Source of the DNA: an uncultured Pirellula sp.
GTDB lineage: Bacteria > Planctomycetota > Planctomycetia > Pirellulales > Pirellulaceae
Assembly (NCBI GenBank): GCA_903892355.1
Contig: CAITIE010000090.1
Location: 109,604-173,603, forward strand
Direction of reading: 5' to 3'
Length of the DNA stretch: 64,000 nt
Positions 37,539-46,448 of this stretch are shown piece by piece (the first letter of the stretch is position 1; each line of letters opens with the position of its first letter). The translations under genes were made by a program, and so were the position numbers. Under the pieces are notes generated by a model that was not told the origin of the DNA, did not search any database, and saw nothing but the letters and a program-made list of their open reading frames with translations.

Positions 37539-37567
37539 AGACAAGTGCAACGCAAAAAGGAGAGCCC

Positions 37568-37602
37568 AGCTGTGGTACTGTTTAGCTGTGGTACTGTTCA
37601 GC
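37568..37602. repeat. Intergenic tandem repeat, 16-bp unit AGCTGTGGTACTGTT(T/C) x2 plus a partial copy
   Basis: Read directly. Lies 30 nt upstream of the DUF4432 start codon. Confidence 0.85.
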
Positions 37603-37772
37603 AGCGATGGGATGCGACCGCGAACCCATGAAGTTGTAGTGGATCCCCGATGGGATGCAATCACCCGCGTCCAACCAAGCCGTGCCCTTCCTGGAGAGCT
37701 ACGTTCGGTGGATTGCCGCTGGCCCTAGGGATGGGCCCAGTTCATGGTCGTGTTTTGCGATATCGATTGAAA

Positions 37773-39218
37773 TTAATTGCCGTGGTACGCGGGCCGGCCG
37801 ATGGAATGCACTTCGAAGCCCATTTCGGACAATTTGCAGGCATCCATGATATTGCGTCCATCGAAGAGGAAGGCGGGGCGGTGCATGCCTTGGAATACCC
37901 GTTCCATATCGAGTTTTTTGAACTCATCCCATTCGGTAAGAACCGCAATCGCATGCGCGTTTTCTGCCGCTGAATATGCATCAGGGACCACCGTGACATG
38001 GTCGCGAATCAGTTGCTTGTGCCGCTCTGAAACCACTCCTAGTGCGTCTTTGAAGATTCCCTCCAATTCACTTCGCACCTGAGATTCCGGGACCCTGGGA
38101 TCATAGATCGTCAATCGTGCGCGTTCTTCCAGCAGATCTCGGCAGATATGGATTGCGGCCGACTCGCGGGTATCGTTCGTATCCTTCTTAAATGCGAATC
38201 CCCAGATCGCAATCTTTTTGTCCGAGACGGTGTGGAACATCGTTCGGACGATCCTCGCCGAGAATCGCTTCTTTTGGTAGTCGTTCATGACTACCACTTG
38301 TTCCCAATACTTGGCGACTTCGTTCAATCCAAAGTGCTCGCACAGGTACACCAGATTGAGGATGTCTTTTTGGAAGCAGGAACCGCCGAAACCGACCGAG
38401 GCTTTGAGGAACTTTGGTCCGATTCGGGAATCGGTACCGATCGCTTTGGCTACCTCATCGACATCGGCTCCGGTCGCTTCGCACAGCGCGGAGATCGCAT
38501 TGATGGAGGAAACTCGTTGGGCCAAGAATGCGTTGGCCGTTAATTTGGAGAGTTCGCTGCTCCATAAGTTGGTAGTGAGGATTTTGTCGCGAGGGATCCA
38601 TCGACCGTAAACCGCTACCAATTGCTCGACAGCATCGGCCGACTCGCCGCCGATCAAAACGCGATCGGGTTGCAATAGATCCTGGACTGCGGTTCCTTCG
38701 GCGAGGAACTCGGGGTTGCTCAACACGTCAAAGGTCGCGCCGTTCGCGGCGCTTTTCAGAATCCGCTTGACAGCTTCTGCGGTTCGAACAGGAAGTGTCG
38801 ATTTTTCGACGACGACTTTGTGGCCGGTCGAGCATTCTGCGATTTTGCGAGCGCATTTCTCGATGAACTCCAAATTGGCCGCGCGACCAGCTCCGATCCC
38901 GAACGCTTTGGTGGGTGTATTCACCGCAATGAAGATGATGTTCGCGTCACGGATCGCCCCTTCGACGTCGGTTGAGAAGGTTAGGTTGCGACCGCGTGCC
39001 TCGTCAACAACTTCCTGCAAGCCAGGCTCATACACGGGGAGTTCGTTCGAGTTCCACTGATCGATGCGAGCTTGATTCAGGTCCACCACGTGGACTTGGA
39101 TGTCGGGACATTGCTTAGCGATCATCGCCATGGTCGGGCCGCCGACATATCCGGCCCCAATGCAACAGATACGGGTTGGTGTACTGGCTATTTTAGAAGT
39201 CATCAACCTATGCTCCAC
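37773..39218 (-). CDS. ugd: UDP-glucose 6-dehydrogenase (eukaryote-type, 481 aa)
   Basis: [18 protein letters not shown] Rossmann motif, [10 protein letters not shown] catalytic Cys region and [12 protein letters not shown]. The start is ATG 39218 or 39203. Confidence 0.9.
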   Translation of the reverse strand: MEHRLMTSKIASTPTRICCIGAGYVGGPTMAMIAKQCPDIQVHVVDLNQARIDQWNSNELPVYEPGLQEVVDEARGRNLTFSTDVEGAIRDANIIFIAVNTPTKAFGIGAGRAANLEFIEKCARKIAECSTGHKVVVEKSTLPVRTAEAVKRILKSAANGATFDVLSNPEFLAEGTAVQDLLQPDRVLIGGESADAVEQLVAVYGRWIPRDKILTTNLWSSELSKLTANAFLAQRVSSINAISALCEATGADVDEVAKAIGTDSRIGPKFLKASVGFGGSCFQKDILNLVYLCEHFGLNEVAKYWEQVVVMNDYQKKRFSARIVRTMFHTVSDKKIAIWGFAFKKDTNDTRESAAIHICRDLLEERARLTIYDPRVPESQVRSELEGIFKDALGVVSERHKQLIRDHVTVVPDAYSAAENAHAIAVLTEWDEFKKLDMERVFQGMHRPAFLFDGRNIMDACKLSEMGFEVHSIGRPAYHGN

Positions 39219-39657
39219 AATCCAATTGCTCAGCCCAAAAAAACCAGCGTGGGCGTCATCGTATCCAAGGATCTGACTCGTCCCGGAAGATAGCTAAATT
39301 ACCCCAGGCTCCTTCCGATTGCCAATCGTCTGTTCCCATGCGAATCAAACGATTAGCAAATACTTGCATCGGTTTCCGTTTATTCAGGAAGTAGCGAATG
39401 TACCGCCTGCTTGACCGCCGCAATACTTCATAGCGGAATCGCGCAAGCCATCCGGTGATGCTCGCGATGCACACGTGATCGTCACTGCACCCTTTGCGTG
39501 CGTTTACCGCTCAAGGCACCCGTTATTCGATTGGAATTTTTGCAATTGTAAAAAGGACCTTCGACGAACTTGCAAATTTTACAAAATGAAGGATGTGTAT
39601 CTTTCCCAGGCTGCCCGTTTTTACATTTTGGCTAATTCTTTGCAGCAAAATTCGAAT

Positions 39658-39673
39658 TGGCACGGCGAGTGCA
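39658..39673 (+). promoter_or_regulatory. Sigma-54-like -24/-12 element (TGGCACG-N4-GTGCA)
   Basis: TGGCACGGCGAGTGCA read directly. GG and GC are spaced as in the TGGCACG-N4-TTGCW consensus. No convincing downstream gene on the + strand. Confidence 0.2.
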
Positions 39674-39984
39674 TTGAGAATCCGTTGTTCCGGCGACACC
39701 AGGTGTGGTGGTTGCTGGGGCGGGCAAAAGGGGTGGAACCTCTTTTGGAAAGTTGTCGAAACCGTCTGTTTTGAGATGGCTTGCGACGGCGACCCGAGCA
39801 AGGACGTGCCGTGATCTTAGAGGCGTCGAACATCCAGCAAACCTGGAAACAACCGACAGACCAATCGCACTGGTTAGGCCCATCTTTCACGGTTGAAAGG
39901 GCTCGCTGCATCCGCGTTGCTGCCAGCGCGAATGCAGTGAGCCTTTTCGTTGATTTCCCGCTCGACGTGTTTTTTTGCGAATGA

Positions 39985-40782
39985 CTAGCTCAATCGCTCG
40001 CACCATGCGTCGATGATAGAAACGATCATCGGGATGTCTCGATCGCTCGAGGTGAGCAAGTGATTGCTGCCGGGAAGCGAAACAAGCGTCCGTGGATACA
40101 TGCCATTGGGTGCTGGCGGCTCGTTGCTATCGATGCCGCGGTAACCCGCATTGATGAGGGCGTGCTCAAAGGTAACGGTTTCATCGTCTGGGGAATGGAA
40201 GGCGAGGATCGGTTTCTTGAGATCTCGCACGCGATCGTTTAATCGTTGCGAACGAAAATCCTCGATCATCTGTTTAGAGATCGTGTGCTGCATGCCACCG
40301 ATGGTGACAACTCCAACTCCAACCGATTCGATTTCGGGCGACATCGAGGTCAATAATCGGGCCAGATGATGCGTGTCGCTCGGGGCAGCAACGGCGATGA
40401 CTCCGACGACACTCGGAATCTCACTCGCCATCGCTAAACTCGCGGCTCCTCCAAAACTATGTCCGATCAGGAATCTCGGGCCATGGAACTCGGCGGTGAG
40501 GAACTCGGCTGCCCTGCGAAGGTCCACGCAATTGGTACTGAAGTTGGTTTCTTGGAATACACCTTCGCTATTTCCCAATCCAGCGAAGTCATACCGCAGC
40601 ACACCCCAACCGCGATCGGACAATCCTCGCGATATGCGAACGATCCCTTTCAAGTCTTTGTTGCAGGTGAAGCAATGGGAGAAGAGTAACCAACCACGCG
40701 GTTCTGTTTGAGGGATCTCTAGGATCCCGGAGAGGGGCAATCCATGGTGGCCTGCGAATTGAACTCTTTGGCTTTTCCTCAA
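39985..40782 (-). CDS. Alpha/beta-fold hydrolase
   Basis: GHSFGGAASL nucleophile elbow and a late HLL His. TTG start at 40782 is preceded by GAGGAG 6 nt upstream. Confidence 0.7.
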   Translation of the reverse strand: MRKSQRVQFAGHHGLPLSGILEIPQTEPRGWLLFSHCFTCNKDLKGIVRISRGLSDRGWGVLRYDFAGLGNSEGVFQETNFSTNCVDLRRAAEFLTAEFHGPRFLIGHSFGGAASLAMASEIPSVVGVIAVAAPSDTHHLARLLTSMSPEIESVGVGVVTIGGMQHTISKQMIEDFRSQRLNDRVRDLKKPILAFHSPDDETVTFEHALINAGYRGIDSNEPPAPNGMYPRTLVSLPGSNHLLTSSDRDIPMIVSIIDAWCERLS

Positions 40783-40797
40783 TCTGTGCTCCTCATC

Positions 40798-40834
40798 CTA
40801 TGAGCTTCGTTGTGCTATGAGCTTCGTTGTCCTA
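40798..40834. repeat. Intergenic tandem repeat, 17-bp unit CTATGAGCTTCGTTGT(G/C) x2 plus a partial copy
   Basis: Read directly. Lies 16 nt upstream of the hydrolase start. Confidence 0.85.
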
Positions 40835-40946
40835 CGAATCTTACTCGGACAGGACGTTACGTTCCCTATTGCCGCAATAAGCCCGTTGGAGTGCCGTTCA
40901 CTGAGGGCTTTGTCCAAGCATGCAGGGGCCAAAAGCCCAATGTGTC

Positions 40947-41378
40947 TTAACGGACACGTTGCATGGAAATGGTGCCATTGTCTCCGGCAGCTTGGAACGA
41001 ACCGTACAGCTGCGAGCCAGAGACCCATGTCTGCATGTTGTAGCTTCCGAGCATTGGCCCGAGTTTTTTCGACGAGGTCAGGATACCATTGCCGTTGGCA
41101 TCGACACCGGGGGTTAATGTCGCTCGATAAGCGAATGGGATCACCAAAGCGAACCGGCCTGAAAATCGTGCTTGGTAGGCACCTTTTCCGTCAGGCTGGA
41201 TGGCGACTCGCATCGGGCCGCGATGCCCTGTCGATCCACTGCGCCACTCCCCACGCCAAACACCGCTAGGATCGGTTGCGAAAGCGTTTGCTCCCGAGAG
41301 AAGCCCTAGGGCCCCAATGCATGCGATGAGCATCCACGTTGCGGAAACCAATACCTTGGGATAGGTTTTGCTGTTCAT
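40947..41378 (-). CDS. Small secreted hypothetical protein (143 aa)
   Basis: ATG at 41378. Signal peptide MNSKTYPKVLVSATWMLIACIGALGLLSGANAFA. The mature part is Gly/Ser-rich. No family recognised. Confidence 0.5.
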   Translation of the reverse strand: MNSKTYPKVLVSATWMLIACIGALGLLSGANAFATDPSGVWRGEWRSGSTGHRGPMRVAIQPDGKGAYQARFSGRFALVIPFAYRATLTPGVDANGNGILTSSKKLGPMLGSYNMQTWVSGSQLYGSFQAAGDNGTISMQRVR

Positions 41379-41473
41379 AGTGATTTGCAAATGTGAAGAC
41401 GGAACGGTGGTTGTAGTTCACCGTTGTTCGTAATTCGAAACAAAACTATTGTAGTCTAGTTCCTGAAGTTTGG

Positions 41474-42595
41474 TTGAGAACTCCAATTAACGGCACTTAT
41501 CCAAATCCCATTCCACACGCGAACGATGACCGGTTTCCCTGGATTTGGGAAAAACTGCTCGCTGTTTCGTCAGATGAAGGCTGGCGTAAGGAGCGATGGC
41601 GGTTGCTCAGGCAAGGCATTCTGCCTGCTTGGTGGACCAAGGTGGGTGCCGATGTGGAGGGGGATGTGCCAGGGGTGGATTGGTGTTGGTCCCCTGACAT
41701 GGAACTTAGTTCTGGCGATGGTCAAGTTACCAAGTTACGGCTTCGATCTCGACGATGGCGGGATGCTTGTGAGACGGTGGTGATGCGCCCGCGGGCGAAC
41801 CGGGCTACGGTTTGTGTTTCCACCCAAGTAGGCTGTGCTGTTGGTTGCCGATTTTGCGCCACCGGCCGCATGGGATTGGTTAGGAATCTCGGAGCCATCG
41901 AGATTCTCGAACAAGTTCTCCTGGCGCGGCTACGGGTACGGAGTTGGCATGAAAATTCGTTGTCTGAAAAACGGTCTTTGGGTCGTACATCAAGACGGGA
42001 TGCGATTCATTTAAGAAATGTAGTCTTCATGGGGATGGGGGAACCGCTGCATAATTGGGATGCGCTGGGCGAGGCGTTGGACTTCTTGTTAGCGGATCAA
42101 GGATTTGGTTTTTCTCCGAGGCATGTCACGGTATCCACTGCTGGTGTCCCGGCCAAAATGGTAAGTCTCGCTCGAGCGTTCCCGCGATTGCGGATCGCAT
42201 TGAGCCTTCATTCTGCGATGGAAGATACTCGACGAATGCTCGTACCTCGCGCCACTCACGATTTGCAGTCGCTTCGAGAAGCCATTCAAGCGATCAACGA
42301 AATCGATCCTGAAGGACCTGTATGGTTGGAGATCGCATTGATCCAAGGTGTCAACGATTCTTTGCGCGAAGCCCAAGCGTTGGTAGAGTTCTGCAAGGGA
42401 CTGAGGGTTGAGATCAACGTGATCCCGTTCAATGACATTTCGCATGCACCGTCCGACGAAGTGCAATTGTCAGCGCCGAGCCAAGCGACACGTCGCGCTT
42501 ACGTGCACCATTTGAGAGAGAGTGGACTTTTTACGACCCTTCGCAATACCCTTGGCGGAACGATCCAAGCTGCATGTGGCCAACTGATCGTCTGA
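41474..42595 (+). CDS. rlmN: 23S rRNA/tRNA adenine-C2 methyltransferase RlmN (radical SAM)
   Basis: CVSTQVGCAVGCRFCATG (CxxxCxxC), MGMGEPL, and a C-terminal catalytic Cys (IQAACGQL). The TTG start at 41474 is uncertain. Confidence 0.85.
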   Translation: MRTPINGTYPNPIPHANDDRFPWIWEKLLAVSSDEGWRKERWRLLRQGILPAWWTKVGADVEGDVPGVDWCWSPDMELSSGDGQVTKLRLRSRRWRDACETVVMRPRANRATVCVSTQVGCAVGCRFCATGRMGLVRNLGAIEILEQVLLARLRVRSWHENSLSEKRSLGRTSRRDAIHLRNVVFMGMGEPLHNWDALGEALDFLLADQGFGFSPRHVTVSTAGVPAKMVSLARAFPRLRIALSLHSAMEDTRRMLVPRATHDLQSLREAIQAINEIDPEGPVWLEIALIQGVNDSLREAQALVEFCKGLRVEINVIPFNDISHAPSDEVQLSAPSQATRRAYVHHLRESGLFTTLRNTLGGTIQAACGQLIV

Positions 42596-42609
42596 GGTTG
42601 GGCGCCATG

Positions 42610-42668
42610 GCCAGAGATAAGAACCCTTGCCAGAGATAAAAAACAGAGGCCAGAGATAAAAAACAGGG
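42610..42668. repeat. Intergenic tandem repeat, about 19-20-bp unit GCCAGAGATAAAAAACAG(A/G)G x3
   Basis: Read directly. The last copy runs into the 5' arm of the adjacent terminator hairpin. Confidence 0.85.
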
Positions 42669-42700
42669 GAGCGAGTTGAACTCGCTCCCCTGTTGGATTT
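42658..42700. terminator. Bidirectional rho-independent terminator between rlmN and the HU gene
   Basis: 12-bp perfect stem: CAGGGGAGCGAG (42664-42675), loop TTGAA, CTCGCTCCCCTG (42681-42692). An A-run lies upstream and TTGGATTT downstream. Confidence 0.8.
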
Positions 42701-42748
42701 ATGAGCTAGGTTCTGCAACCTTGCAATTCGATGACGCTCTTGGGTCGA

Positions 42749-43075
42749 TTAGACCATGTCCTTGAGCTTCTTCAGAGGACGAACCTTAACGGAGGTCGAA
42801 GCTGGCTTGGGATCCGCCCACTTCATTTCGCCCGTTTGTGGGTTACGAACTTGTCGCTTTGGCAACGCCTTCTTTTGGATACGAACGACTTTGCAGAGGT
42901 CAGGAATAACGAAGGTGCCAACCCCCTTCTTTCCAACAGCTCCAGCAATCTCGCTCTTCAGCGCTTCGAAAACTTCGGCAACTTGCTTCTTCGACAGGCC
43001 AGTCGATTCGGCGATGTTCGAAAAAATCTGGACCTTAGTGAGCGGCTTTTCTGCCTTGCCTGCTGCTTTCGCCAT
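42749..43075 (-). CDS. HU-family DNA-binding protein with short Lys-rich terminal extensions
   Basis: ATG at 43075. LTKVQIFSNIAESTGLSKKQVAEVFEALKSEI and RNPQTGEMKWADPKPAS (the beta-arm) fit HU/IHF. Confidence 0.8.
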   Translation of the reverse strand: MAKAAGKAEKPLTKVQIFSNIAESTGLSKKQVAEVFEALKSEIAGAVGKKGVGTFVIPDLCKVVRIQKKALPKRQVRNPQTGEMKWADPKPASTSVKVRPLKKLKDMV

Positions 43076-43317
43076 GTGAGGAATCCCTTTCAACAAATCT
43101 CGAATCAAAAAACGGTCCGACGTAGGACACTGCTGATGGCTGAATTAAAGAATGTACCCAACGAAATGCAACCGGGAATGGGCGAAAACCCGCAGAAAAC
43201 GCTGTATTTTTGACGAGATTCCCAAAAAAACGTTGGGAATGGCCCCTCTTCGGTGGATTTACCTAGGAAAATCCTGCGAAAATTGGACTTTTCAGCACTT
43301 GTGATTCGCTGGTTTTT

Positions 43318-44007
43318 TCAGTCTTCGCGAAACCGGTAGCCGACACCCCGGACGGTTTCGATGGCGTCCGCTTCGGGCCCAATCTTCTTTCGAAGAGCGC
43401 GGATATGAACGTCGATGGTCCGTTCTAGCACCAAGGTGTCTTCGCCGAGGGCGGAGTCGATGAGTTCCGATCGATCGAAAGCGCGGCCGGGTTGGCGGAT
43501 CAACGTGTCGAGCAAACGAAACTCGCTCTTGGTCAATTCGACTGGTTTCTCGTTAACGGTAACACGGTATCGTCTTCGGTCCAAGGTGATCCCACACCGG
43601 GTGATGATATCATTATCTTCGTCAACCTTGGCAGTCTTGCGTCGATGGAGTGCTTTGATGCGTTCGAGTAGCACTCGGACGCTAAACGGTTTGGTGACAT
43701 AGTCGTCGGCACCCACCGAAAAGCCTATCAATTGGTCAGCTTCTTCCGACTTGGCCGTGAGCATGATAATGATTGCGTGGGCCGTTTCCGGTTTGGACCG
43801 CAACCGGCGACAAACCTCAATGCCGTCAATGATCGGCAGCATAACATCCAGCAAAATCACATCAGGCAATTTGAGTTGTGCTTGGCTGAGCCCATCGCGA
43901 CCATCGATGGCTAAAGACACCTCATATCCAGCTTTATCCAGGTTGTAAATCAGGATTTCGGAGAGGGAACGGTCGTCTTCGACTACTAGTATTTTGCTCT
44001 TAGGCAT
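43318..44007 (-). CDS. phoB: OmpR/PhoB-family response regulator
   Basis: Receiver domain (ILVVEDD, LLDVMLPIIDG, MLTAK) plus a winged-helix output (LTKSEFRLLDTL, RGVGYRF). The phoB assignment rests on adjacency to phoU. Confidence 0.7.
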   Translation of the reverse strand: MPKSKILVVEDDRSLSEILIYNLDKAGYEVSLAIDGRDGLSQAQLKLPDVILLDVMLPIIDGIEVCRRLRSKPETAHAIIIMLTAKSEEADQLIGFSVGADDYVTKPFSVRVLLERIKALHRRKTAKVDEDNDIITRCGITLDRRRYRVTVNEKPVELTKSEFRLLDTLIRQPGRAFDRSELIDSALGEDTLVLERTIDVHIRALRKKIGPEADAIETVRGVGYRFRED

Positions 44008-44082
44008 ACCTACTCAATCACCGCTTCGTGGATTCGCCGATGAGTCAAGCATTCGCTTTCCCCACCGTTGTTATTCGAGTCT

Positions 44083-44763
44083 TTAACGTGACTGTGTTTT
44101 CGGTTGCGAAGCTTGGCGATGTCGGATAATCACACCTTCTACCATGTAGATGATGTCCTCGGCGATGCTTACTGCGTGATCAGCTATCTGCTCAAGGTGC
44201 CTTGAAGCGGAAAAGCAATGCAGGGCGGCAACGATCTTCGAGGTGTCCTCCGACATCAACTGCGAGAGTTTCTCGATCACTTGAACGTTCTTTGCATCCA
44301 CGGGATCGTCTTGTTCGATGACACTTTTGGCCAGTTCGATGTCGCGATGCACAAAGGCATCGAGGCTCGAACGTACCATTTTGGTGATCATCGTTGCCAT
44401 CTCGTTGATACCGCTCGGAATCGGGAACTCCGGGAAGTGGCACAAACTATCGGCTCGTTGCGCGATATTGCACGCCAAATCCGCAATCCTTTCGAGGTCA
44501 TTGTTGACTTTCATCATGGTGGTGATGCGGCGTAAATCCGCAGCCACCGGTTGATGCAAGGCCAGCATTTTGAGGCACTCTTCTTCGATCCGAACTTCGG
44601 CACGGTCGATTTCCGTGTCCCGTTGGACCACTTCACCGGCGAGACTTCCGCGGCGTTCCACCAAAGACTTGACCGCCAACGCGATCATGTCTTCGACTTG
44701 TCCCGAAAGTTTCAGCAGTGAGTTATGTGCCTCGTCAAGGTCTTGGCTTAAGTGCAATGACAT
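44083..44763 (-). CDS. phoU: Phosphate signalling complex protein PhoU
   Basis: 226 aa, two-repeat helical protein with DTEIDRAEVRIEEECLKMLALHQPVAADLR and DLERIADLACNIA / HLEQIADHAVSIAEDI. Confidence 0.85.
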   Translation of the reverse strand: MSLHLSQDLDEAHNSLLKLSGQVEDMIALAVKSLVERRGSLAGEVVQRDTEIDRAEVRIEEECLKMLALHQPVAADLRRITTMMKVNNDLERIADLACNIAQRADSLCHFPEFPIPSGINEMATMITKMVRSSLDAFVHRDIELAKSVIEQDDPVDAKNVQVIEKLSQLMSEDTSKIVAALHCFSASRHLEQIADHAVSIAEDIIYMVEGVIIRHRQASQPKTQSR

Positions 44764-44839
44764 CGTTATTTCCAGTCGCCAAGATGGTAACCGTTGAGTG
44801 TGAAGGAGGGGTTAATATAGCATTAAGAAGGCGTGGAGG

Positions 44840-46354
44840 TCAGGAGGCCAAGACTTCTCGGACCACCCGCTGGGGTTCGACCCCGGTCAAGCGTTGATCA
44901 AGGCCTTGGGACGAGAACGCAAAGCGCTCGTGATCGATCCCCATGCAGTGCAAGATAGTTGCGTTGATATCGTTGATATGGACTGGGTTTTCCAGGATGT
45001 TGTAGCTGTAATCGTCCGTGGCGCCGTATTCGATTCCACCCCGTATCCCGCCACCTGCCATCCACATGGTGAAGCATTTGGGGTGGTGGTCCCGGCCGTA
45101 GTTTTCGCGGGTCAGGCCACCTTGGCAGTATACCGTCCGGCCGAACTCACCTCCCCAAACGACCAAGGTCTGATCGAGCAAACCGCGCTGCTTGAGGTCC
45201 TGGATCAACCCCGCGCACGCTTGATCGACGTCGCGGCATTGAGCAGGGAGATCATTGGCGATGTTTCCGTGCTGATCCCAGCCGCGGTGCAGCAATTGGA
45301 CGACCCGCACCCCCCGCTCCACCATCCTGCGAGCTAAAAGGGCGCTGGCGGCGAAGGTACCGGGCTTGCTGACATCGGGACCGTAAAGACCGAGCACCGA
45401 TTCCGGTTCATCATCGAGGTTGACCAAGTCAGGAACGCTGCTTTGCATCCGATAGGCCATTTCGTACTGCGAGATACGTGTTTGGATTTCTGGATCACCA
45501 ACTGTTTGCAGCCGATGGTGATTCAATTCGGACAATGCATCGAGCATCGCCCGTCTATCCTCGAACGCAACTCCATTGGGGTTTCGTAAATACAAAACCG
45601 GGTCGGGTCCGCTGCGCAACGCGACACCTGTGTATCGCGTCGGCAGGAATCCGCTCGCCCACATCCGCGTGAAAAGTGCTTGTGCCGGAGCCGTTGCCGA
45701 CCAGGTCGGGGTCAGAACCACAAACGCGGGCAAGTTATCGCTTTCGCTCCCCAGTCCATACGCTAACCACGAACCTAAACTTGCTTTGCCCGGGACTTCG
45801 CTACCTGTCATCACAAACGTGCACGCTGGATCATGGTTGATGGCATTGGTATGAACCGTCTTGATCACTGCCAATTCATCGACGACACCCGAAGTGAAGG
45901 GTAACAGTTCGCTGACAAATCGCCCACATTGACCATGCTGATTGAATTTGAATTTACTCGGCGCAACCGGCAATCGTGCTTGGCCGCTCGTCATGGTCGT
46001 GATCCGTTGACCTTTGCGAATGCTGTCGGGAAGGTCTTTGTCGAATTGCTCTGCCAGCGATGGCTTGTGATCCCACGTGTCGATCTGAGACGGTCCCCCG
46101 TTCATGTGCAGATAGATGATCGATTTCGCTTTGGGGGCAAAATGAGGTAGTCCAGATAACGCTGGATGCACGGTCCCTCCCGATGGCGGATCGGCCATAG
46201 GATGTGCGATGAGTTGGGATGACGCTCTTGCACCGAGCATCGATGCGAGCGCGACACTGCCCAGTCGTAGTCCGTTGGACCCGAAGAATTGACGCCGTGT
46301 TTGTTGGATCTGAAATTGCCGTATCGGTGATTGGGTGTGGATATTCGGGTTCAT
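44840..46354 (-). CDS. DUF1501 protein (sulfatase/alkaline-phosphatase superfamily) with Tat signal
   Basis: N-terminus [45 protein letters not shown] is typical of DUF1501. Confidence 0.85.
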   Translation of the reverse strand: MNPNIHTQSPIRQFQIQQTRRQFFGSNGLRLGSVALASMLGARASSQLIAHPMADPPSGGTVHPALSGLPHFAPKAKSIIYLHMNGGPSQIDTWDHKPSLAEQFDKDLPDSIRKGQRITTMTSGQARLPVAPSKFKFNQHGQCGRFVSELLPFTSGVVDELAVIKTVHTNAINHDPACTFVMTGSEVPGKASLGSWLAYGLGSESDNLPAFVVLTPTWSATAPAQALFTRMWASGFLPTRYTGVALRSGPDPVLYLRNPNGVAFEDRRAMLDALSELNHHRLQTVGDPEIQTRISQYEMAYRMQSSVPDLVNLDDEPESVLGLYGPDVSKPGTFAASALLARRMVERGVRVVQLLHRGWDQHGNIANDLPAQCRDVDQACAGLIQDLKQRGLLDQTLVVWGGEFGRTVYCQGGLTRENYGRDHHPKCFTMWMAGGGIRGGIEYGATDDYSYNILENPVHINDINATILHCMGIDHERFAFSSQGLDQRLTGVEPQRVVREVLAS

Positions 46355-46448
46355 GATGTTTTCGCGGATCGCTGCAATCTTGCTTGAATTGGTTCAAGCT
46401 GGATGGTGGTTGTGGCTTTTCTTCCCAGGGTGGCTTTATGCAGTCGGG

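Noticed and set aside
39256-39984. Track ORFs of 63-99 aa inside the ugd upstream spacer (for example 39475-39774, 39523-39801, 39781-39984)
   Set aside because: They overlap one another on both strands and are Cys/Arg/Trp-rich or low-complexity translations. None has a plausible start context. I treat the region as non-coding.
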